From a virus (lineage: Duplodnaviria; Caudoviricetes): DNA of 57,198 bases. A program made the translations under genes and the position numbers. Where the stretch lies: the IMG/VR virus record IMGVR_UViG_3300005573_000108, positions 1-57,198 of that record. One strand, 5' to 3'. A model generated the notes under the pieces. The model was not told the origin of the DNA, made no database searches, and worked only from the letters and a program-made list of their open reading frames with translations. This document shows positions 36,521 through 45,185 of the stretch, in pieces. Positions within the stretch are counted from its first letter, which is position 1, and each line of letters begins with the position of its first letter.

Positions 36521-37495
36521 TCAGCTCAGATTGGAATGCGCGATATGGGCCTTTCTGTTGTTGCAGATCGTGTTGCCGTCGCAGAGGATCTTCATGGTCT
36601 TGTCCTGGGGCGAATCGGCAATGATCTGCCACGGCGTCCTGACGAAGTACCCATTCTGGTGAATGGCGTAGCCAAAGTGATTCGAGTTGAGGGCAATGGC
36701 ATAGCCACTCGGGCAGAAATCGTCAGGGAAGATGTCCTTGCCCTCGAAATAGAGACCAGTGAAACCAGCCTTGACGGTCTCCTTGCCGTCTGTGAAACGC
36801 TGCTGGACCTGCAAAATGTCGGCGATGACGTTCCACAGTGTTTCCGTGGTCACCACCAAGTCCGGCTTCCCTCCCGCCCCATCCCTCACTTTGGCGGTAG
36901 TGGCCATGGTGCGAAGGACGTTGAGAGTGATATTCTCGGAAGTGGTAGTGCGTCTTCCCACCCACGGCTTGGTCCCGTCGGCGGCAACTAAGTCATCCTC
37001 CGCGATGCCCCCGTACGCGACAGTGGAACTGGTATTGCAGCAAGCAAGCAGACCAGTGAATCGGTTGCTCGCATTGCCTATGTCGTCATACAGACTCTCG
37101 GCGAGGACTTTGGTGATACTCTTCTGGGCACCGGAGACTCGTTGAACCACGAGTTGGACTTCCGCGTACTCCCCCGAGTTTTTCAGGTCATCGATTCGAT
37201 AGATGGTCGCATTGGCGTAGGCGTGCTTCCAGTCGAATCGTGCAGCGTTGACCGAACTTCTGTCGTCTGAAGAAAGAGTGTCTCCCTTGGAGTAGAAGCC
37301 AGCTTCCTGGCCGTCATATTCCAGGGGGATCCGAATGTGCTCACCTCCCGGGGGCCTCTCCCATAGGCCCTTTTGCTGTTTCATCAGATAGTTCATGAGG
37401 AAGGAAGTTCTAAAGTAGATGTCAACCGCCTTCCCCTCGTCTGCCATGAAGTAGTGTCTGGTGATCGCTTCCAGTTCTGTCAGACTGAGTGGCAT
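36521..37495 (-). CDS. Major capsid protein (HK97 fold)
   Basis: 324 aa after the scaffold; GGEHIRIPLEY, ARFDWK, N.GE..V.LV, FTGL, YGGI, KPDLVVTT, AGFTGLYFEG. Confidence 0.9.
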   Translation of the reverse strand: MPLSLTELEAITRHYFMADEGKAVDIYFRTSFLMNYLMKQQKGLWERPPGGEHIRIPLEYDGQEAGFYSKGDTLSSDDRSSVNAARFDWKHAYANATIYRIDDLKNSGEYAEVQLVVQRVSGAQKSITKVLAESLYDDIGNASNRFTGLLACCNTSSTVAYGGIAEDDLVAADGTKPWVGRRTTTSENITLNVLRTMATTAKVRDGAGGKPDLVVTTETLWNVIADILQVQQRFTDGKETVKAGFTGLYFEGKDIFPDDFCPSGYAIALNSNHFGYAIHQNGYFVRTPWQIIADSPQDKTMKILCDGNTICNNRKAHIAHSNLS

Positions 37496-37525
37496 GGTTC
37501 CTTACCTCCAGCGAGCCGCTTGCCG

Positions 37526-38482
37526 TCACTGGGCTTGTCTCATCTGCCTCAGTTTTTCGGCAATAGTGTTGACGAGCCCGCCGCGAGACGCCGTATTCTT
37601 CAAGTCATCATCCGGCTTGAGCAAGCCTGCACCAAGGCCGCCCGCCCCGAGTGTCCTTGCCTTGGCCTTCGCAGCGAGTTCTCTCTGTTTTGCCTCGGCA
37701 GCAGCAGCCAGATCCTTTTGAAGCTTCGCCTTCACCTGTTCTTCAATGGCCTTTTCGCGTGCTTCCTTTGTGATCATGAGGTAAGCACTCATCGCAGTGT
37801 GACCAGGGTGCTTTTTCATGTATGCCTTGATCTCCCCCGAATCCCATTTCTCTATGAAGTCGGGGTGTTCCTCTGCGAACTTGGCATACGTCCTGTCGAT
37901 TTCGGACTCCTGCTTCTTTGTCAGCTCACGCTGTTCAAGAAGCTTGTCCACGTATGAAAGCACCTCGTCAGCGACTTGCGAAGCGAAGTTGGACAAGAAC
38001 TCGATTGGGTTCTCAGAGAACTTGTCCAGAGCCGCGTCAGGTTTCATCTCCGTGATATCTTCATACTCAAAGTATTTCTTGGCTGGCTGTTGCTGCGCTG
38101 CTTCTCCCGACGGTTTATCTTGCTTCTGTGGTTCTCCGAGGGATTCGAGTTTCTGCTTGATCTCCCGGAGTTCGGCCTCAAGTCTCTGGTTTTTCTCGAT
38201 CACCTCCTTGAAGCGAGGATGGTGATCAAGCCTGTCATCCGGGGAAGAGTCGTCGCCTTCCTTCGCCTTTTTGGTAGCGTCTTGTCCGGCAATGTCCTCT
38301 TCGCCCTCTGACGACTTCCCAGGTTTGTCCTTATCCTGCTGATGGCCACTTGGCGGTTCTTTTGAGATCTGTTGAGGCCGAACAACAGTCTCAAAGACAT
38401 CAGGAGGATTTTGCGCCAGGTCGGACGAGGCCCCGGCTTCTGCGTTTAGCGTCCCTTTGTCTGTTGCGTCTTCCGGCGGCAT
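37526..38482 (-). CDS. Capsid scaffolding protein
   Basis: Acidic disordered N-terminus, 'RFKEVIEKN' coiled coil, position upstream of the major capsid gene. Confidence 0.8.
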   Translation of the reverse strand: MPPEDATDKGTLNAEAGASSDLAQNPPDVFETVVRPQQISKEPPSGHQQDKDKPGKSSEGEEDIAGQDATKKAKEGDDSSPDDRLDHHPRFKEVIEKNQRLEAELREIKQKLESLGEPQKQDKPSGEAAQQQPAKKYFEYEDITEMKPDAALDKFSENPIEFLSNFASQVADEVLSYVDKLLEQRELTKKQESEIDRTYAKFAEEHPDFIEKWDSGEIKAYMKKHPGHTAMSAYLMITKEAREKAIEEQVKAKLQKDLAAAAEAKQRELAAKAKARTLGAGGLGAGLLKPDDDLKNTASRGGLVNTIAEKLRQMRQAQ

Positions 38483-38502
38483 AGTAGCCTCCCTTTCATG
38501 TA

Positions 38503-38533
38503 TTTATATCTCTGAAACTTCATCAAATGTCAA
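38503..38533 (-). promoter_or_regulatory. Possible internal promoter for scaffold/capsid genes
   Basis: TTGACA on the - strand at 38533-38528 in an AT-rich gap; TATAAA lies at non-optimal 19-nt spacing. Confidence 0.3.
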
Positions 38534-38544
38534 GAGAAAACTCA

Positions 38545-38979
38545 TCAAGGTTTGACTACCCCTCTCGCCCGAGCTGGCACGCCGAATGCCAAAACGAAGG
38601 GCTCAACATCATGTGTTACTATAGAACCAGCACCGACAAGAGCGTATTCACCAATTGTGATGCCCGGAAGCAGAATGACACCCGCTCCGATAGTGGCTCC
38701 CCGTTTGATGAGAACACCCTGTGGTTCTGATTTTCTAAAAGCCCTCGGACGAGAAACATTGCAGCAGGTTACACGAGGGCCGATGAAACACTCATCTTCA
38801 ATGATTGCACCTTGGTGGCCCACGAAGAAAAAAGATTGTATCTTAACGTTCCTGCCGATCTTTACCCCTCGACCCACAAATGAGTGTGAGCCTACGGTAG
38901 TTCCATCTCCGATCTCCACATCTTCACAAATCACCGTGTAATCATATATTTGCGCGGTAGGTGCTATCTTGGGATTCAT
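38545..38979 (-). CDS. wbpD: Hexapeptide-repeat N-acetyltransferase, WbpD/WlbB-like
   Basis: IGRNVKIQ, IEDECFIGPRVTCCN..PRA, IKRGATIGAG..ILPGITIGEYALVGAGSIVTHDV, GVPAR; coupled to the wbpB-like gene. Confidence 0.75.
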   Translation of the reverse strand: MNPKIAPTAQIYDYTVICEDVEIGDGTTVGSHSFVGRGVKIGRNVKIQSFFFVGHQGAIIEDECFIGPRVTCCNVSRPRAFRKSEPQGVLIKRGATIGAGVILLPGITIGEYALVGAGSIVTHDVEPFVLAFGVPARARGVVKP

Positions 38980-39901
38980 CTGCGCCCTCGTATCGGTTGA
39001 AACTGACTTCTCCGCTGGCAGCACCGATTGGGTAGACTATGCTCCTGATGGCCTCTGTTACTTTGACCCCGAGTCTGGCCTGCTCGATGCCAAATCCTCG
39101 GCCAGCGAGCGTCCGTTCGTAGACTGTTGTATGAAGGTTTGTGAATTCTTTCTCGGGAAAGTCGTAATTTTTGCCATCAATAACGAAGAGACGTTGTCTT
39201 TTTTCGTCCGATCTGATTGAAAGTCTCCACGTCACAGTGGCGGTGTGCAACTCCAAGACCCCTTGGATTTCCACATCTGAAGCCCGTTCGACCAACACTT
39301 TTTGGGGAGGGCCGAAAAGCCATACGGCGAGGTCAAACAGGTGGATGCCGATATTTGTCGCCAGTCCCCCGGACTTGCTCACATCGCCTTTCCAGGAAGC
39401 AGCGTACCAGTTGCCACGGGGCGTTACGTATTCCACCCTCACGACATGGTGGCTTTTATCAAGGGCGAATTTCTCTTTGAGTTCTTGTGCTGTAGGATGG
39501 CACCTGAGTTGGAGAATCGTGTAAACGTCTCTTCCATGTTCGTTCTCCAGTTGCTTCAACACATTCAGGTTGCGCTCTCTCACCACGAGCGGCTTTTCAC
39601 AGATTGCATTTGCCCCGATGCGCAAGGCGTACCTGCAATGAGCGTCATGCAGGTAATTCGGGGAGCAAATTGACACGTAATCGATTTGAGTTCCGTTCCG
39701 TATCTGGTGGGACACGAACCTGTCAAACCTCTCGAATTCAGTGAAGAAATGGCAATCAGGGAAAAAAGAATCCAAGATACCCACGCTGTCATGCGGGTCC
39801 AAGGCAGCGACAAGATTCCCTCCGACATTCTTGATCGCTGCCATATGGCGTGGGGCCACAAATCCGGCTGCTCCGATCAACACAAAATTTTTAGCTGTCA
39901 T
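38942..39901 (-). CDS. wbpB: UDP-GlcNAcA 3-dehydrogenase, WbpB/WlbA-like (Gfo/Idh/MocA family)
   Basis: NFVLIGAAGFVAPRH, DSVGILDSFFP, FFTEFERFDR, SICSPNYLHDAH, CEKPLV, SWKGD..KSGG.ATNIGIH, FTNLHT. Confidence 0.9.
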   Translation of the reverse strand: MTAKNFVLIGAAGFVAPRHMAAIKNVGGNLVAALDPHDSVGILDSFFPDCHFFTEFERFDRFVSHQIRNGTQIDYVSICSPNYLHDAHCRYALRIGANAICEKPLVVRERNLNVLKQLENEHGRDVYTILQLRCHPTAQELKEKFALDKSHHVVRVEYVTPRGNWYAASWKGDVSKSGGLATNIGIHLFDLAVWLFGPPQKVLVERASDVEIQGVLELHTATVTWRLSIRSDEKRQRLFVIDGKNYDFPEKEFTNLHTTVYERTLAGRGFGIEQARLGVKVTEAIRSIVYPIGAASGEVSFNRYEGADESQDSTYRANI

Positions 39902-40070
39902 AGATCACGACTCCCAAACAGAGGTCTCTATCTCTAGCCACCGAAATGATAGTCAGGAGTCTAATGACTTTTGCGCTGTCTATCGTGTTGATTTTCTCTG
40001 TAAGAAGAGTAACTACTTCTGCCAATGGCGAAGGACCCACCGAATAACTCGTCACCACATAGTTGGCCAT
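39891..40070 (-). CDS. Small hypothetical protein (59 aa)
   Basis: AAGGAGG RBS; MANYVVTSYSVG...GVVIYDS fills the gap exactly; below the ORF-track cutoff. Confidence 0.6.
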   Translation of the reverse strand: MANYVVTSYSVGPSPLAEVVTLLTEKINTIDSAKVIRLLTIISVARDRDLCLGVVIYDS

Positions 40071-40097
40071 ATCTTATCCCTCCTTAGAAGACGATGA

Positions 40098-40322
40098 CTA
40101 TGCACCCCACATGCCAGCCTTCGCCTTGAGAAAGCCTGGCTTTCTCTTCCTTTTGTCCGGCGGGTTGGCATACATGGGCAAATCCTTCTCCTTTGTAGAA
40201 GCAAACTCATGCAGTTGTTTGTCGCTCATCTTGAGCAATCCCTTGTTGCGCTTGTAGAGCTTCTCGGGATGATGCTCAGCGATAGCCATTGCTGTCCTCT
40301 GCGCTTTGCTTATGGCTGGCAT
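40098..40322 (-). CDS. DUF3008-like small basic protein
   Basis: MPAISKAQR.AM.....MSDKQL.EFASTK.K.LP signature. Confidence 0.7.
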   Translation of the reverse strand: MPAISKAQRTAMAIAEHHPEKLYKRNKGLLKMSDKQLHEFASTKEKDLPMYANPPDKRKRKPGFLKAKAGMWGA

Positions 40323-40324
40323 TG

Positions 40325-40627
40325 TTATTCCTCCTCTCTTACATTGAGATTCAACCGATGGACCTGCTTTTGCCCATCGGAATAGTTTATTGTGATCTTG
40401 AGTATGTACTTATGATCCGCTTGCCCTCCCTTGATGGTCACAGACAATGTATTGGTAGCGTATGCCTGCGCCTCAATCATACTGCTTGAAAGATCTGTGC
40501 CAGACAACTCCGTGATGGCGGCTGAGGCTGTTGTAATTGTAACGCCATCCGGGATTGTGGGCTCCAGGTCGAACGATAATGTCACTATGTCGGCTGGATC
40601 CTTGGTCGCTTCGGATGGATATATCAT
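40325..40627 (-). CDS. Putative fibre adaptor protein
   Basis: KDP.D....SFD.......TIT...TIKGG....YI pattern; adjacent to the fibre-like genes. Confidence 0.6.
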   Translation of the reverse strand: MIYPSEATKDPADIVTLSFDLEPTIPDGVTITTASAAITELSGTDLSSSMIEAQAYATNTLSVTIKGGQADHKYILKITINYSDGQKQVHRLNLNVREEE

Positions 40628-40878
40628 GTATTGCCTCCGGGTCTGACGATGAAGTTACGTCTGTTCGACTGAGTCACCACAAAGTCAAGGGGACACCTTT
40701 GAGCCGCCACAAAGTTAAGGGGACACCTTAAGAAAACGGTAAACTCCATGCTAGTATAGAATTTTACCTCTTTAGCCAATGTGCTCAGCCCATAGGTAAG
40801 GGTCAGCGCGGCTCTCTCCGCGACAGTTGCCCCACCTGTGAACCAATAGCCCGCTAGAGCTTTGCCCTCTATAGCCAT
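40624..40878 (-). CDS. Small structural hypothetical protein
   Basis: Coupled to its neighbours; contains a 10-aa tandem duplication. Confidence 0.55.
   Translation of the reverse strand: MAIEGKALAGYWFTGGATVAERAALTLTYGLSTLAKEVKFYTSMEFTVFLRCPLNFVAAQRCPLDFVVTQSNRRNFIVRPGGNT
40677..40729. repeat. 30-bp-period tandem duplication within a CDS
   Basis: ccacaaagtYaaggggacacctt occurs twice. Confidence 0.7.
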
Positions 40879-42335
40879 GTAATCTTTTCCCTCGTTACCA
40901 CGTCGCCCAAAGAAGTCACTGATCCTGTGCCTATCTCTACATCGGACTCATTTTTCACACTCAGGTCGCCTGTAACAGTGTTGTAGGTCATTTTGTTGGC
41001 GAGGAGCCTATATGCGCGAAGCAGCAAAGTCAAGACAGTCTGTCCGATTCCAGAAGCGTAGTCCCATACGTCAGCCGCAGTGAGCGTCGAGCGGGAGCTT
41101 ACTGATGCGTCCAGTTTGCTTTGGGCTTCTCCAGCACTCCCAGCTACGCCGTGCCCGCTTAGAGCCTCATCCCACACGGCATCTGCAATGTCTCCGGCAG
41201 CAGGTGGCGCTGTAGCCAGGGAGTAGCCGGTCTTGTCATTGTTGGTGCCTACAGTTACGATCTCCCCATCTAGCGTGGCAACGACATCGCTCCCTGAGAA
41301 AGTCAGCTTGTCGGTCTGGCTCTTCACGGCGGAGATGGCGGCATCCAGGTTCGTCTTGACCTTCACTCCGATAGAGTTCGATGCCGCAATAGCACTCTCC
41401 AGCACATCCCAGACGGATAGGGCCAGAGAGGTAGAGAATGCACTGAGAGTCCTGGTGCTATAGGCCCAGATGTCGGATACCAAGGTGCCAAAGCTTGTGA
41501 GGGTTCTGGTCGTGTAGTCCCAAACATCCGAGGCTGTGAGCGTAGATCGAGAGCTTATCGCGGCATCCAAATACCCGGCCTTTGTGTCCGTCCAGGTAGT
41601 GTTGGAGAGAGCTGTTGAGGCAGGGGCCCTGGAACTCACTGTTGCATCCAGACGGTTCCCGAGGATGTAACCGGCAGTCCCGGAGCCATAAGCCCCAGGC
41701 AGGGATGTGGACCAGGGGTCCCCGGCACTGCCAGCGGCATTCAAAGCGGCTCCCGTGCTGCCAGAGGTCAGATGCCCGCTCAGAGCCTCATCCCACACGG
41801 CGTCCGCAGCCCCATCCGCAGTGAGTGTCGAACGGGAGCTTATGGCTGCATCCAGATACCCAGCCTTGGCGTCGGTCCAGGTAGCGTTGGAGAGAGCTGT
41901 TGAGGCGGGGGCCCTGGAACTCACCGTGGTGTCAAGGTTTGCGCCCAAGTCCCTCGCCGTTTGAGCAGTGCCCGCAACCTGCACAACATTAACGCTGGCA
42001 TAACCAGATCCAAATTTAGCATCATACTCTTGTTGAGACATCACCTCAAACTCATGCCACACTGGCAGAGCCCCAGTCATATTGACTGCAATAACCATTC
42101 TACCAATGGTGTCTGTATCTGTTGCGTCTAAGGTGGCATAGTAATAGCCATTGGCAATATGTGTTGCCCCCCCAGAGTTCTTACTAGAAAAGGTAGTACC
42201 GTTGTGTTTGTTGATCTTGATATCTGTATTGGCTATCGAAAGGCCAGTCTCCGGCGTCTTTCCATCGGTATCATCAAGAAAAGGCCCGAGCAAAACAGTC
42301 TGATCCGCGGTAGAATATCTCAATGGTAGACTCAT
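40869..42335 (-). CDS. Ser/Thr/Ala-rich repetitive fibre-like virion protein
   Basis: Repeats DAVWDEALSGH, LDAAISSRSTLTA, SSRAPASTALSN.TWTD.KAGY, VW.Y.TRTL. Confidence 0.7.
   Translation of the reverse strand: MSLPLRYSTADQTVLLGPFLDDTDGKTPETGLSIANTDIKINKHNGTTFSSKNSGGATHIANGYYYATLDATDTDTIGRMVIAVNMTGALPVWHEFEVMSQQEYDAKFGSGYASVNVVQVAGTAQTARDLGANLDTTVSSRAPASTALSNATWTDAKAGYLDAAISSRSTLTADGAADAVWDEALSGHLTSGSTGAALNAAGSAGDPWSTSLPGAYGSGTAGYILGNRLDATVSSRAPASTALSNTTWTDTKAGYLDAAISSRSTLTASDVWDYTTRTLTSFGTLVSDIWAYSTRTLSAFSTSLALSVWDVLESAIAASNSIGVKVKTNLDAAISAVKSQTDKLTFSGSDVVATLDGEIVTVGTNNDKTGYSLATAPPAAGDIADAVWDEALSGHGVAGSAGEAQSKLDASVSSRSTLTAADVWDYASGIGQTVLTLLLRAYRLLANKMTYNTVTGDLSVKNESDVEIGTGSVTSLGDVVTREKITWL
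41536..41924. repeat. 104-bp diverged direct repeat (41536-41639 and 41821-41924) within the fibre gene
   Basis: Shared tccaggtag.gttggagagagctgttgaggc.ggggccctggaactcac; offset 285 nt (in frame). Confidence 0.85.
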
Positions 42336-43282
42336 CAGGAGACCCTCCTGTTACGATAGTTCCTCATTAACAGTGGCATACCCGGCCCGCTGGGAGGAGC
42401 GGTTACGGTTCCGAGCAAGTAAAAATACTGAGTTGTATAACCCCTTGCTATCTGACAATACCCGCTACTGTCTAGTCCGACTATAGCCCATGCATGGTCG
42501 GTAGAGCCGGTCTGTGTATATATGCCAAGGGTATCCCCTTTACGCCGAGCTCCCCAGTTGTAGTTTGCCGTTACAACCTCAAATACTGCACCACTCGAGT
42601 TGGCGTCAACATAGACATCCTGCCAGGATCCCGTAATGCTGGGAGATTTATCCTGGCCATTCGTCAGGAATGAACCGCCGCCGGATTTTATATAACCCAC
42701 CAGCAGAGGCGTTTGATAAGTGATCTCGCCATAGTAGATGCCAATTTTGTTATCACTGCTCATTCCAACTATAAATCCATTGGCTTTACCCCCCTGGGTT
42801 CTGTTATCGGAACTACCATATTTCCTAGCACCTTGCAAATAGGAAGCAGATGTTCCTGAATGCTTCCAGTAAATGATAGCCGCTATAGCAGTTTCGCCCT
42901 CGGTAATATACGAAGACAAATCAATCGTATACCAACCCGTGCCAGGGCGGGGTAAGAGAATAGGGGTGAATAATGTTGAATCAGCACTCGTGAAATAACC
43001 CACTAAGTAATAGTAAATTCCAGCATAGTCTTTGTATAGATCTATTTTCTGGCTGGAAGTAAACATTGGAAGCCAACAGTGCGTCCTGCTCAAGTGAGTA
43101 ATATGATTTAGTGATGTACCATATGGTCTTGCCCCCACGTAGTATCCAGAAACATTAGTATTCCAAGCATGAACGATTACCCCTGTGGCGTTAGAGGGGA
43201 TATAAGCGGAAAGGTCTACAGTCTGCCACCCAGTTGTTCCAGGCGGGGTTATCAGTACTTCAGCAGACAGGAAGACAGGCAT
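42335..43282 (-). CDS. Putative receptor/carbohydrate-binding protein with three tandem ~100-aa beta domains
   Basis: Three units beginning TGWQTVDLS, TGWYTIDLS, TGSWQDV, each with GAR..G and L.GY/T; Tyr/Trp-rich; visibly more AT-rich DNA. Confidence 0.6.
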   Translation of the reverse strand: MPVFLSAEVLITPPGTTGWQTVDLSAYIPSNATGVIVHAWNTNVSGYYVGARPYGTSLNHITHLSRTHCWLPMFTSSQKIDLYKDYAGIYYYLVGYFTSADSTLFTPILLPRPGTGWYTIDLSSYITEGETAIAAIIYWKHSGTSASYLQGARKYGSSDNRTQGGKANGFIVGMSSDNKIGIYYGEITYQTPLLVGYIKSGGGSFLTNGQDKSPSITGSWQDVYVDANSSGAVFEVVTANYNWGARRKGDTLGIYTQTGSTDHAWAIVGLDSSGYCQIARGYTTQYFYLLGTVTAPPSGPGMPLLMRNYRNRRVS

Positions 43283-43286
43283 TGGT

Positions 43287-43484
43287 TTATTGCTCCTCAG
43301 CTTCCTGCCATTCTTGTTTCTTCTTCTTGAGCACGCGCCCTAGAGGATGTTCCTCTGAGGGCTCTATCCTCCACTTGATAACGCCTTTCTTTTGCTCAGT
43401 TTCTGGCTGTTGGGTCTGTGTTTCGGCGTCCGTTTCGGTGGATTCGGTGGCTTTCTTTTTCTTGGTAAAATCAAGCAGTCCCAT
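43287..43484 (-). CDS. Small hypothetical protein
   Basis: AGGAGG RBS; fills the gap. Confidence 0.55.
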   Translation of the reverse strand: MGLLDFTKKKKATESTETDAETQTQQPETEQKKGVIKWRIEPSEEHPLGRVLKKKKQEWQEAEEQ

Positions 43485-43884
43485 TTCCGGTGCCTCCTGT
43501 TATTTCTATTGCTTTACTTTTCTGGTATTCTCTTAACGTTTTCTCTACCAATTGATGTTCGTTGACGGGTTCCGGCTTCCGAGGTTTCTCGCCGGGTTCC
43601 ATAGGCCTCAGTCCTTCGGCAGCCATCCATTTCCGATAGTTGGTCCTCGTAGGATTGTTAAGAAATTCCCTCACGTGAGGTTTGTTGGAATCTTTGTCCA
43701 CAACTTCCAGCACACTTCGTATCCAAGGTGCGTCTTCATTGGAAGCATGAACGGTAGAAATGCCAATGACTTTTCGAGCTTGAGAACCGCAGAAGGGACA
43801 CGGATTGCTCTCGTTCTCAGGCTCGGTCAAAGCCTCGTGGATCCGCTGGCATTGACTGCACTGGAAATCAAATAATCGGATCAT
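43471..43884 (-). CDS. FmdB-like zinc-ribbon protein
   Basis: LFDFQCSQC...CPFCG...RKVI. Confidence 0.75.
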   Translation of the reverse strand: MIRLFDFQCSQCQRIHEALTEPENESNPCPFCGSQARKVIGISTVHASNEDAPWIRSVLEVVDKDSNKPHVREFLNNPTRTNYRKWMAAEGLRPMEPGEKPRKPEPVNEHQLVEKTLREYQKSKAIEITGGTGNGTA

Positions 43885-43887
43885 GGG

Positions 43888-44634
43888 TCACCACCTGATG
43901 TCGATAACGTAAGCGTCGTAGCCCCACGTCCGCTTCCATATCTCTACGGATTCCATGGGCACAGAAAACAGACCTTTTTTCCCCCAGGTCGTCCCCCAGG
44001 AATTCTGGCATAGAAGCCTGCCGAACTCAGTCCCACCAATGTAGCCGTAACTGAAATAGCAATGGCCCCCTACGATGTGACTGTCTTGCGAAGGAGCACG
44101 AAGTCTGCCGTCAGGAGAGGCATCTTCCCACTCTTCAAACCAAGGAGTGCCAAGCACCACTGGTTTGCCCCGTGCCAACGCGGAGCATATGCCCCGCAAG
44201 CCGTCAGAAACTCTGCGATATGTATAGAGTGGTCTGGTTAATGTCTTAAGTGAGAGCTTAGGAGGCGTGTGTGTATCACAATTGGGCAAGTAAGGCCAAG
44301 CGTAATTTGGCAAGATCCCGTTGCGGGCCATAAAGCGAAAAGCGTCTCGCGGGTAAGCGCCTTCCTCCTCCAGACGGCCCTCCACAAACCGTGCGCCGTT
44401 GTAAGCCCAGCGCGGAGAGGCCAAAAACGTTTCCTTGTTCTCCATCGCGCATTCCACGTTGATCACCGCCGTGGTACCGAATCCCACGCACGAGCCTTCC
44501 ATGCCTTGATCCAAAACCGGGAAAAGATACCGGTCAAGGGTCACTTCTGTCGGCAAAGTGGGCAGAAGCGGGAAACTGTAGTGATCGTCTCGCGGGTCAT
44601 AAGGATCTTTTTTCCAGCCGTATTTCCGCCTCAT
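43888..44634 (-). CDS. Papain-like cysteine peptidase (family C1A)
   Basis: YGWKKD..DPRD, DQG.EGSCVGF (oxyanion Q, catalytic C), GGHC (catalytic H), QNSWG..WG..G; ATG at 44634 after AGGAG. Confidence 0.9.
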   Translation of the reverse strand: MRRKYGWKKDPYDPRDDHYSFPLLPTLPTEVTLDRYLFPVLDQGMEGSCVGFGTTAVINVECAMENKETFLASPRWAYNGARFVEGRLEEEGAYPRDAFRFMARNGILPNYAWPYLPNCDTHTPPKLSLKTLTRPLYTYRRVSDGLRGICSALARGKPVVLGTPWFEEWEDASPDGRLRAPSQDSHIVGGHCYFSYGYIGGTEFGRLLCQNSWGTTWGKKGLFSVPMESVEIWKRTWGYDAYVIDIRW

Positions 44635-44642
44635 GGTTTCTC

Positions 44643-45080
44643 CTATTTGAAAGTCATAGTCCTTTGTTGTGGCGGCAAGAAAGGCAACGGGAAAGGCAAG
44701 GCCCCACCCCCGCCGAAAGTTCCCATCCCCCAGATAGCGAGCTTCATCATCTGCTGGATTAGAGCATAATCGTAATAACCCGGGATAGCGCAGACTTCCT
44801 GATCGTCTTTCATCGCTTCGGGCGTTGCAAGCCCAGTCGCTATGCATGCTGACGCGACTTTTTCGACAAGTAAGGGATCCGGGACAAGTGGGGCAAGTCC
44901 AAGGGCTTTGAGATAGGCCACCTGACAGGGCCATGCCTGGCATATGGCCTCTGCATTGGCTTTTATTTCATCAGGATTTCCAATGATTTCAGAGTTAAAC
45001 TGGATTGCCTGCTGGTTCACGGTAGCGCATCCGGCCAAAGTGACGAAACACATTAGGGTGAGTATACCGTTGAGCTTCAA
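44643..45080 (-). CDS. Lipoprotein of unknown function
   Basis: TTG start after GAGGAG gives signal peptide II MKLNGILTLMCFVTLAG-C; four further Cys; Gly/Pro-rich hydrophobic tail. Confidence 0.7.
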   Translation of the reverse strand: MKLNGILTLMCFVTLAGCATVNQQAIQFNSEIIGNPDEIKANAEAICQAWPCQVAYLKALGLAPLVPDPLLVEKVASACIATGLATPEAMKDDQEVCAIPGYYDYALIQQMMKLAIWGMGTFGGGGALPFPLPFLPPQQRTMTFK

Positions 45081-45185
45081 GGCTTTCTCCTCTCGTTCAA
45101 AGGCCATTGTCCATCGGGAACGTTACGACGAGATTGATCATGAAGCCTATGATCCATTTTGCAATCTGTCGGGCGCGGTCTTTCT

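Noticed and set aside
41536-41924. Repeat pair as a DGR or invertible segment
   Set aside because: In-frame direct repeats with mostly synonymous differences; an ordinary fibre repeat.
44635-44943. N-terminal extension of the C1 protease given in the ORF track
   Set aside because: It overlaps the lipoprotein gene in another frame; a good RBS precedes the ATG at 44634.
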